Positions 10,972-21,408 of a stretch of 64,000 nucleotides of DNA are shown in pieces (position 1 is the stretch's first letter; each line of letters begins with the position of its first letter). A model generated the notes under the pieces. The model was given only the letters and a program-made list of their open reading frames with translations, was not told where the DNA came from and did not search any database. This stretch comes from Calcarisporiella thermophila CBS 279.70 (lineage: Eukaryota > Fungi > Calcarisporiellomycota): positions 613,741 to 677,740 of the forward strand of contig NW_027192199.1 of the NCBI RefSeq assembly GCF_041956535.1. Reading direction: 5' to 3'. A program made the position numbers and the translations under genes.

Positions 10972-12160
10972 CCGCGGCCATATTCACTCTTCCTAAAAGC
11001 GAATATACACCCTCGAGTAATGTTGCCAGTGTGCTCTAAATACTTTCGTGACGAATCGAGAGAGGAGAGGGAGGAAGAGGCTGTTAATGAGAGGGGGGCG
11101 CCTTGTACCGTGTGACACCTGTTTGTCAAAGACAAGCTTAGAAGGGACGGTTTGCTATATTCATTCTATACGGCGGCGATTCGCACACGATTTTCACCGA
11201 AGGGAACACAAGAGTCCAGTAATTTTTATCCGGAGCTCCCTTTGATCGATTCCGCGACAAGAATAGGCCTGGCTGACCTCGAGCACCCTTTCCAAGTAGG
11301 ACGGTGTGCTCGTGCACGCTTGCACACAACTAAGGTTCTACTCAGGAGATTATCTAGGATGGGCAAGCTGCACACAAGATTGTGCGCGGCTCCCAAGCCT
11401 GAGGAAAGATTAGCTTCGATTTCATACGCCGCGCGTCGCGGTCGCGGGTACATGGTTGCTCCTAGCACCTGCCAATGGAGGAAAAAATAAATGCTAAATT
11501 CAGCCGCAAGGCACCATGCCGTGTAGGAGCCCATGGAAGCCTCTTCAAAGATAAGCTACTCGCTATAAGGTTGGCAGTCCGGCGACGCTTTCATTCGGCC
11601 TCTTGCTGTTGCTCAAGCGGCCGAAACCTAGGCACGTTGACAGCTTAGCCATAGTTATTAGGCGTGGAGGGGCTCAGTGCAGTCTCCCAGGGCCGTGAAG
11701 CTAAGCGAGCAGATGAATTGGTGTTAATAAGGGGGTCCAGTCGGCGCGCATATGCAAGTGCTGCTTTTTGCTAAAAGCAGAATGGCATTTTGTATTATCT
11801 CATCATTGGGTTCCATCCTGTGAACCTTCTAAAGCTCGTTTATGGTTGTTTTCGTTTGATACTGATGTCATATTAATAGAGATTTCGTCGCTTTGAGCAC
11901 ATCGACCCGATAGGTCATGGTCATGAGTCGGAATTCTGGATAGACATTTCTCGAGTCGGTCTACTGCGACGCTACAACGATGAATTTTTCACTGTTGCAC
12001 CATAGTAGCCTGACCCACCTCCACGGGGCGTTATATTTCCAAATACATAAGATGTAGACAGCGTGTACTTGTCTGGTAGGATTAGATCATATCAAGAGCG
12101 ACGCTTGTTTCACATTGGTTACAGCGGTTTATATTGTCCTCTTCTTAGCTTTTTTTAAGT
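10972..12160 (+). ncRNA. Candidate large (~1.2 kb) highly structured non-coding RNA, identity unresolved (telomerase-RNA-like architecture)
   Basis: More than 12 hand-identified helices, nested from both ends inward; non-Watson-Crick pairs in the outer helices are mostly G-U on the + strand; no recognisable ORF; fills an unusually long gap between two convergent genes. Confidence 0.55.
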
Positions 12161-12544
12161 ATAAGTTGCCCACCCCACTTCCAATTGAGCATAATTTGTT
12201 TTAAGGAGCAATTCATAGCGTCACATCGCCTTGGGAACTGACATCCTGTCAAAGGCTGATCATGGTGAGACGCCCCGCTCCTTACCTGAATGACATTTCT
12301 CCGTAAATAGAGCGCGAGTACATGTACATAGGTACGTACATGTACACGTGCCAAGGAGCTCCTACAAACCGTGGATAGGGGATATAGGAAAAGCTAGAGT
12401 GTAAACGATTCCCTCCAACATCACATCACTAGGAGGGATCGAGGGTGTCATTCCGGGCGAAATGACATTTTAGGGGGAGTGTTTATTGCAATGAACACGA
12501 TTATATATTATATTTTGAGAGAAAATGTTCCATAAATAATCTAT

Positions 12545-13262
12545 TTACTCGTCTTGAACAATGGTAGAGCGCTCGCTCACTATAGAGAAAAAGAATTAAA
12601 GATTAGCGATCGATCGAACATAGATTGGTCGTGAAGAGGGTTAATGTGAACTATACCATAGACACCATCCAAGAACTTTCGGATATCCTTGTTCTTCACA
12701 AGAGTGGACTGCTGGATGCTAGCAGCCGACTGGGAGACATTCTCGAGGTCATTGCCGGTAAGGATAAGCTCATCCTTCTGAGCAGTGGAGAGCTCGATCT
12801 TCACACCGTCAAGCATGGGAATCTTACGGACATTCTTCTCGCCCAAGAAATTGCGGATTTCAACCGACTTGCCATCAGCGCCAATCACAGCGTTGATGGG
12901 GAAATGGGCATACACAAAGCGCATTTTGTAGAGGAAGCCCTATTATCAATTAGAGTGCATGCGGGTTAGGATATGAGTCTATCGTTTCCATGGCACCATT
13001 CGATAAGTACCTTGGTGACACCGATGATCATATTGTTGATAAGCGAGCGGATGGTGCGAATGCAAGCATTGTGCTTACGGGAGCCGTGCCAAACAATGAA
13101 GCGCAGCTTGTTGGCGGCAACACGCTGGATTTCAATGTCCAAGTGACGAATGTTCTTCTTGAGCTCGCCGCGGGGGCCCTTCACGGTTACAATGCGCGAC
13201 TTAATCTCAACGGTCACACCCTCAGGGATAATGAGCTCTTCGTCTTTGTAGATATCGCGCAT
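12545..13262 (-). CDS. RPL9: 60S ribosomal protein L9 (uL6); 3 coding exons plus a 5' UTR intron (~13313-13371)
   Basis: [32 protein letters not shown]...[11 protein letters not shown]...[17 protein letters not shown]; stop at 12545-12547. Confidence 0.97.
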
Positions 13263-13555
13263 GTTGAAGTGTATAAACCCGGGTCTGAAGTGGGAGGAGA
13301 GAATATACTTGGTTAGGATGTTTGCTTACTGGTGAGGGTTGGATAGATGGACGGATGGATAGATAGATTACCTCGAGAGCGTTGAGAAGCTGAGGAAAGA
13401 GAGAAGGACTGAATCCTATGCGCAAACAGCTTTACTTTTCGTCTCCGTCTCGAGATTCAGCCTGCCCTCAAATTAAATTGTGACGCGTATTCTGACTACT
13501 TTAATTTTGTGGGATTTTCGCATTTTAATCAAGGTCAAGAGAGAAAAAAGACTCA

Positions 13556-16500
13556 ATGCATTTCCAACGACCTAATAATCTCGGTCGTTCAACATTCGAA
13601 GCAGAGCCCGACCCTTTCAAGCGGTTGGCTCAGCTTGATGCTTGGTTTCGATCGAGGCATCTTGGAACACAGCTCCAGGCCCTATCGCTTTTCCCCCACC
13701 TCCTCAACGAGTTTCCATTCCCCGTTCTTATTACCTCTGGAATTCTGAAGCTTGCGGATTTCTTCAGCTCCGCGTAATATGAATTATTTTTATCAGTACG
13801 GGATAGGGGCGTGTTTTCGCTGATGCTTTTTTGTGCGTATAGGATTACTACTAATCTCCTTAGAGTGTATATATATAAAGCATTTAAACAGAGCCGAAAA
13901 CATTTAACTAAAGTTACTAATGTTGAAGTGCTGGTGAAAAGCATTTTGCCCATCGTACGCACCAATGATCGAGATGCACGAATTCTGGCGCTAAAGTAGG
14001 AATGCTCAAGATGTCCAAGAGGCTTTCTTCGAGTTTATATTAACTCTACGCGTTCTATCCATGATTCAATTAGAGTATTTGATTGCATATCTGATATCGT
14101 ATCCGACCGTTTAGACGTGCTGCACAGGTTTTCACATCTATGCTGATATTTCATTTATTTTGACTCTCTACTACTTCACATAATTTCCCCCCCCCCCCCC
14201 TCAATAGTGTGTTGCTGCGACTTGATGCTCTAGGCGAACCGCAAGAAATCAACGCAGCCATTGGCGCAGCAGATCGTCTCTGCGCTAAGTCAGAGATATT
14301 TCCAGCCATCCTTTGCGATCCTATTGCATCCAAGCTGAAAGGTGAGTAGGCAAACACGACTCGTGTGAAATTCCGACCTTGGTCCCCCTCTAAATCCCGT
14401 CCGTCTTTAGATCCGAATATCGATGAGCGAGTGAAGATCAAGTTATTGAAGCTCCTCAAGCACATGCATCGAGATCTACAACTAGCGAGCAAGGTATATT
14501 TCATGATTTAGCTAGACTACAGTCTCGGGCTTAGGCTAATAATGGGTATTTCGTCGAACAGGCACGTAAAACATGCCTGGAATTTCTGGAGCGAACAGAC
14601 ACTAGCATGAACACCATATGCGTCATTTTGAAAACCTTGACGTTCCTCTCGAGCAAGGCACTAGTGTATAGGAAAAAACAGGTGACGCCTTTCCTCTATA
14701 AACATCTTTCTAGTCTAATTAAACTGGTCGCACCAATCGCACTAGGTTGACCTTTTGTTCGAATATGCTCTTCATGACATGAGGGAATATATCCGCCTCA
14801 ATGCGCTCGCTTGCTTGCGATGGTTGGTCCGAGATGACTTGGCGCTCGAGGAGGAGCAAGCCCTGGTGAGTCTATTAAGACAGTGAGATAGGATTCCATG
14901 CTAATGGGCACGTTTACTATTAGAAATTACTCCACCTTGCCTGCTCCAATAGTGAGCCTAGTGAAATTCGCACTGCATCCTTGAGAGCGTTGCAAGTGAT
15001 CTTGCGTCGAACGATTTTTGCCCAGTCGCTCGTCCTGGACATACCCAATTTATTGGCATTAATGGAAAGAAGCCGAGATTTGAAGTCTCTGCCGCTGGAG
15101 GAGCAGGATGTATACAGTCATGTCCTATGTTTATTGGCAGAAAAAATGCGAACTATAACAGAAGAAACAGGGGAGTCAAGCGTCTTAAATGCAGGTAAAC
15201 ATTCAGTAAACGTTTAGCCGTGCTAAACAGAGTGGTCAGTTTTTGGTCTCCAGCTGAAAAGTGAACCTATCTTTAATAGGGCAAAATCTCGAAAAAATTT
15301 TAAGCACAATACTCCAGCAATATTGCGAGGCTATTGAAAAATGGGCAATAGGTATAGATGAGAAAGAGCCCGACGAAAACGTAGCCAGGGTAAGGGTTGC
15401 GTATGGACTCGATTGTTTGATGCCCCCCTTTCTAAACTGCACATCTGAATAGATTAAGAGCACTCTCAAAACCATTTTACCCCTTGCCCTTCTCTCCGAG
15501 AAGAACGCTGATCGAACCTGTCAAATTCTTGTACAAATGATCGCAAGCACCCGAGGTAAGTCTATTTATGACCTCCAAGCATGGTCGGTTGAAAATTAAC
15601 GCCGGTTGAATGTCGATAGGTCAAAACCTTTTGTGTCTAGGCAAATGCTTGCATGCCCTCACCGAAAAATATCATGCTATTCCCTTGAACAATTATGAGC
15701 TGATCTGTAGCATGCTCAAGAAGATCCTGAACGATGGCGGCTCAGGAGAACTGGTAACAACGAAGAACATCCACCCCATCCCTATCATTATCCATTAACA
15801 TTTTCGGTCACTTTTATTATAGAGGCCATTGTTTATACCCCTATTTCGAGCGTGGCATACAGCCGAAGATGTTGAATTAAAAGAGAGAATTAGCAAAGAA
15901 TTGGAGAGCGCAGTGAATCAATTGGGGGGCTGGGATGGCAGCGGCTTTGTTAGGCAATTCTGGGAGCTCTTCTGCGTGTCACTCGAGGCAGGGAAAGCAG
16001 GTCATTTTAAATTAATGCAGACCATTATTGATCCACTCTCTAAAATGGTATGTTCAAGTAAAGGTGATCATCGGCAGCCTCCTCCCTTTATTAACACTTG
16101 CTTTTTTTTTTTATTCTTCAGGTGGAAACAGAGGGCTTTCATTATTGGCTTACCACACTCTCATGTATCACTGAAGCTGAAGTGTCCATTCAGTCTATCC
16201 AGGCTGGTCAAGCCTCATCTACGGCCGGAATCCTGAACAATGCTGCCGTGAAGTATATCAAAGCAATGAACAGTTTAGATGTGAGTTCCCATCAAGGTTT
16301 AGGCCCTATGGTTTGGTGGGGTTGAGTTCCATTGTTTTTTAGGCCCTAGGAGCGATCGATCAACCCCGATTATTTCAAAAGTGGTATTGCCTGCTACGTT
16401 GCGATTTCCTTAAGCATCTTCAACGTGTTTTCGCTGCGTTGTCACGGGCAAGAAGGTCAGGGAATTGGAAGGAACTAGGCAGAGTCGCTCAGGTAAAGTC

Positions 16501-17797
16501 TCCATTATGCAGGAATATCTTGAGGATGGTCGACTTTTCTTAACAGCACTTCTAATCAGGCCGAAGCAATCAATCTTAATGAATTGGCACGAAACTATTT
16601 TTCACTTGCCCACTCTTTCCTCGACATCGATAACAATAGCATGGTGGTTCTCGAAACCTACCAGTCGTGCTGTCTTTCCCTCGGGTGTGTTCTCACATCC
16701 CTCTTGGACAGAAAAAGGTCAGCTGTCAGTTTCTTTTTTCCTTGTTAATTTGATCAGCTGATGGTTTCAAGGCTCTGCATTCCATTAGCTTAAACACACT
16801 GATTTCTCCCCTGATGCAATCCTATGCCAATGCGAAATCAAATTCGGCGGACAATGACACCTTGAGCTATTTTGAATTGTTGTCACAAATTTGTGATGAG
16901 AATGCAATGGAGTTGGACGATATAGGACGTGTAGATGAGCTCGAACGCCTTTTATGTAGAATCGTAAGTTTGCCCTTACAAATGCCCGCGTTTTTCTTTG
17001 TCCATCGGCGGCGAGTCAAAGTTCAGGTGAGCTGTCTAGCCTGTTGTTGCTCTGCTCTTTCTCCTCCTTGGAAGCCGTCGAGTCTAATGCCCACCTTGTT
17101 TCTTTCCTCTCCTCCAGTTGACCACGGATCCCAGAGATGACCAGCCATTTGTGCTAAAGCAAGGGTGTAATTTAGTCTGGAAATTGGAGGGGATCGTGCA
17201 CGTAGAGGGAGGAAAGGGCGGAATAGGTAAATTGGAAGAAGAGGAGCGAGACTCCTTCAAGTTCACTATTGGTGTGTCCTGACTGCTGTTTAACGCAAAA
17301 TGCGTCGGGTTTTCCTTGGAAAGACCGACTCAAGCATTTTAGGGAAGTAGAGGTGACGTGCGTGGTGTCCCGTGAGAGGCCTGGGGGTGCAGCTCGGTTA
17401 TCTGAGCAGCTGACACATCAAGAGGGGCAAAGCCGAATGGTAAGGTTACTTAGGCTTTTTTTTAGAGTGTGTTAAAATGGCCTGGGGATTGCGAAAACAA
17501 CAACACCGGCAGCAAGCTCACTACCCCTCTCTAGGAATAAGCTAATGTTTTCTTTTCCGCTCCAAGGTCTTCCGGGTTCCTATCGTCAATGGCTACTTCG
17601 AATGCATCTGCCTCGTGCCTATCCCCGAATTCGTTGAAAAAAAGCGGAGACCCATCGAGAACGGGAGGCGAGGTGCGCCAGTCGAGGCAGCGGATGCCTA
17701 CGTCCAGGCGCGTGTCGGGTTTGTGGGTGAGCGGGAGGAGGGCCGGATAGTGTGGGGGAACGAGGCATTTGCGTGTTTGGCAGTGGAGCTCGATTAG
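13556..17797 (+). CDS. INTS7: Integrator complex subunit 7 homolog; many short exons, 3' end approximate
   Basis: LGTQLQALSLFPHLLNEFPFPVLITSGILKLADFF; YKAFKQSRKHLTKVTNVEVLVKSILPIVRTNDRDARILAL; LDALGEPQEINAAIGAADRLCAKS resemble the animal INTS7 N-terminal HEAT region (FPFPILINSAFLKLADVF; SNDPVARAITLR). Confidence 0.88.
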
Positions 17798-18256
17798 GGT
17801 TACATTGTATATTATCATTTTAGGCAGGCGGCAATAAACGCTTTGTGATGTCATGATGAACTCAAGATTCCATTTCCTTTTTCCATTTTGCAATATCATT
17901 TTTGCGCGGTGTAACGATTAATGGAATAGCGTAAAGAATATTTCCCTCCTCTCCTCCACCTCCCCCCCTAGCCTTCTCTTCTTCTTATTTCCCTATAGTT
18001 GTGCTCTATAATCTGCAATCCAGATCCTTTTTTTTTTTCAATTCACTTTGCTGTGATATCCTCGGGCCCAGTTCATGAGAAACTAGGTTAACATTGGCCA
18101 TAGGCTGAAGACCAATTTCCAATGGGACGTTAACCTTTCGCTTCCCTCTACCCCCCTCCATACAATAGACATTACGTGTTTTGGTTTTTGAATCGGCGTG
18201 CTTCATCCCGATATTGGTTCGAAGAGGTCAAACATCAGAAGCAGAAAAAAAATATC

Positions 18257-19712
18257 ATGACACCCAATGGAGGAGTGTCTGGCTCCCCTTTCACCATTGC
18301 GCTTTGCCAACTCTTCGTAACAGATGACTTCCAGGCAAATCTTTCGGGTGCACGACGACTTGTCCTGGCTGCAGCCAAGAACAATGCCAATATAGTAGTG
18401 CTGCCTGTAGGTCGCCGTGGTCTAAAATGATGTTCTGAAACCTCTCTGACGGTCATTCTGGATAAAAAAAAAAGGAATATTTTTTCTGCCCATTTTCTTT
18501 AGATAATATGATTAAACATGCAGAGAGCATACCAGACGGAGAGACGTGTGAAGCGCTTTCAAATATGGCAAAGGTGATTTCTGAACAGAAAGGCTTCAAG
18601 GCCTATCATCTTTTGCTCTATATCTAACCCAAACTTCGGGTTCCCTTATTTTTTTCGGACAGGACGCTGGGGTCTACTTGATAGGTGGTAAGCTTAATGC
18701 GTGCTATTGGGTCATCCATCTCAGTGGGATCAAGCGATTAACTAACAACATACGTTTGATCAATTTAATTGGAACTAGGGACTATTGCGGAACGTGCGGC
18801 CAACGGAAAGCTCTACAATACGTGTGTCGTGTTCGGGCCGGACGGTAACCCTTGGATTTAACGAAACCGAGAGGGATAGAGGGCTAACTTCAAGCCTCCT
18901 GTAGGATCTCTGCTCTCGAAGCATCGCAAAATGCATCTCTCGGACCAAGATATTATCTCAGAGGAAGCAATGGTAGATGAAATGCGGCTTCTCACAATAA
19001 TTTCACTTGTTTGTGGTAGCTAAATGCATCTGTGCCCTTTAATTCCAAATTTCACTTGGAAACAATAGGAGGCCGATGTTTTCTCACCCGGGAACTCAAT
19101 ACCACTTCTTGAGACAGGTTAGTAGGATTCATCCTTATCTTTCAACAAACTCTCGCTTCAGTCTTGCATGTGTTCATGCCACTAGCCTTTGGGAAAATTG
19201 GCATTGGGATAAGGGACGACTTGAATGTCCCAGAGATAGCCATGGTAGCAGCACGGCAAGGTAGAGAGCTTTGCGTCCTTTTTCTCCTTAGACTATTCAT
19301 ATCATCTGGCATATGTAGGCTGCATTGCGATGATATATCCTGCCGCCTTCCACTCCAACATTCAACACTGGGAGCTTCTTCAACGCGCGCGTGCAATCGA
19401 CAATCAGATTTATATAGCCACCTGCTTACCCGCGCTTAATTGTGCAGTGTCCCCTCTTTCTTTCTTCCCTTTTTTCCGGTCTCACTAAACGTTCTTAACC
19501 CTGTAGACTCCAGCACCGCCTCCAAGCAGAGAATCTCTTTTGGCCGATCGACCGTGGTCGCGCCGAACGGTGAAATTCTCTCCACAACACGCCACGAGGA
19601 AACCATTGTATATGCAACGATTGACTCCGCCTTTGTAAAGGAGGTGCGCGAGGGAACCGCAATCAGAACCCAACGACGATTTGATGTATATTTAGATGTA
19701 GCCGGAAAGTAA
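18257..19712 (+). CDS. Nit2/Nit3 (omega-amidase)-like carbon-nitrogen hydrolase paralog with the catalytic Cys replaced by Arg; multi-exon
   Basis: [44 protein letters not shown] (normally GICYD), [22 protein letters not shown]. Confidence 0.85.
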
Positions 19713-19846
19713 TCCATCGCTCATTGCCGGGAGAGATGCAAGCGGTGTTGGATCCGTGATACCATTATAATAGCCTTTTGTTTGCTATTCACTTATGGTG
19801 ATTCACTGCAGTCTCTAGTGCGTTTTCTCTAGTAGGATTACCTCAG

Positions 19847-19877
19847 CCCCCTCCCCCTCCCCCTCCCCCTCCCCTCC
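19847..19877 (+). repeat. (CCCCT)n tract followed by poly-T
   Basis: Directly visible; G-quadruplex-capable on the minus strand. Confidence 0.7.
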
Positions 19878-20499
19878 TCATTTTTTTTTTTTTTTGCTCT
19901 TTTTAGGCACTTCTTCTATATAAATTCATATATCACTCGAGTAAAATTACAATATATCCCTTGCCTGTATCCACTATCTGTAATGAATGAATTCACTTTT
20001 CAAAAAAGTAAATTCTGCAGATACTGCTTGGATGGAGTGAGTGATGCAAGGACTCCACTAGTGGAGCCTTAATTGGCTTCACAATCAACCGAGCCTCTTA
20101 CCTAGCCTTGTTTTTCAGGATCACCTGTGATCCAGTCCATAGCAGAGCTGAATGAGAACTGTAGGTTTGTAAATTTACTCTCAGCTTTCATGTAGGGTTC
20201 ATGTGGCCAATTTACAGAGACACTAAATCACATTGGCCATATATGAGAGCAATACAAGCCCCCGTCTCTCCATGGTCCCCCTCTCAACCTTATTCCTTGT
20301 GATTTCTGTGTATTTGCCACCACTTAATCTTCTGCACAATTCGTTCTTGAAAGATATAGGTGAGATCCAAAGAGTGGCATCTGTTTGCACCGCAAATGGG
20401 ACCGGTTAACTGACAAAGCAACCATTGGGAGCGCAACAAAGCATCCTGCCCCAGTTGCCAGGGATAAATAGCGTGGGAAAATAACAAAGAGAGCTGGTC

Positions 20500-20880
20500 A
20501 ATACTTTTACCTCTCGGCTAGCAATGCAAAGCTCAGAATCTCGTTCCAATGTGAGAGAGTAGGGGGACTTTCGACCAGAATCATCCTTAGTAGCCACCGC
20601 TTAATTCCACGCCACATGGAGGCAAAGAACAGTAGCAGATCCTCCATATCATCAGCAGGCTTCAGAATAGGCTTCGCACCTGGTGCAGGGCCTATCAATT
20701 TCCCCTCTCACTCACGCTACTACCACCATTTCTCCAACCTCAACACGTGCCTCTGCCGCTCGAGCAGTTGCCCGAAAGGCCATACAATCCCGCAGCCATT
20801 CCTGCGGAAATCTCGCGCCAATCTCCGCAGACAGCACACTGATACCACCCGTTGATCATTGAGACGGCAACATCTCAAAT
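20500..20880 (-). mobile_element. Possible decayed LINE ORF2 3' fragment
   Basis: Broken frames give YQCAVCG...WLRDC, then LLLFFASMWRGIKRWLLRMILVESPPTLSHWNEILSFALLAER, reminiscent of the L1/Tx1 C-terminus; weak. Confidence 0.2.
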
Positions 20881-21408
20881 CTTGCTACCCATACGGTTAC
20901 CAGCTCCTGTGTCCTCACAGTTAAAAGTTTCCAAAATATACGTCAATTCAAACACAAAACTTGGCTGATTGTAGCATATGTACATATATATAAAGCGCTT
21001 CACCCTTTCTCAGGTGATGTTAAAAGACCACCGCGCGGATTGCCCTAACCTTAGAGTTCATGCACTCTTTAGTATGGTGTAAATTTGTCTCATGGGTATC
21101 TTAGAAATCATGTAGTGTATATAAGGAAATTCACGAATATCCGGGCTGAGATACGTCATTGCATTTAACGGTTTCTTTTCGGCTCCACGGCCATGACAAA
21201 TATAACTCTTAGTACAACCACCTTCTTTTTTTATTATTTCGACAATTCGCCCAATGGTCGCGAACTTTTCACAAGTCTAGAGCAAGGCGTGGAAATATCT
21301 TACAGAATACCGCTAAATGTGAGTAGATTCTCTATGCTACATCCTTCTCTCATCCAACTGAACATGATCCTCCTCCTCCCAAAGATACCTTGATTCAGTG
21401 CCGCTTCA

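Noticed and set aside
11152-11534. 112-aa (+) and 102-aa (-) ORFs inside the structured region
   Set aside because: No recognisable domain or codon bias, and the + ORF has a non-ATG start; better explained by a non-coding element.
11398-11680. GAGGAAAG and GGGGCTCA, suggesting RNase P/MRP P4
   Set aside because: The 5' element lacks the GAAAGUCCCC/GNAANNUC pattern, the two strands do not form P4, and CR-V context is absent.
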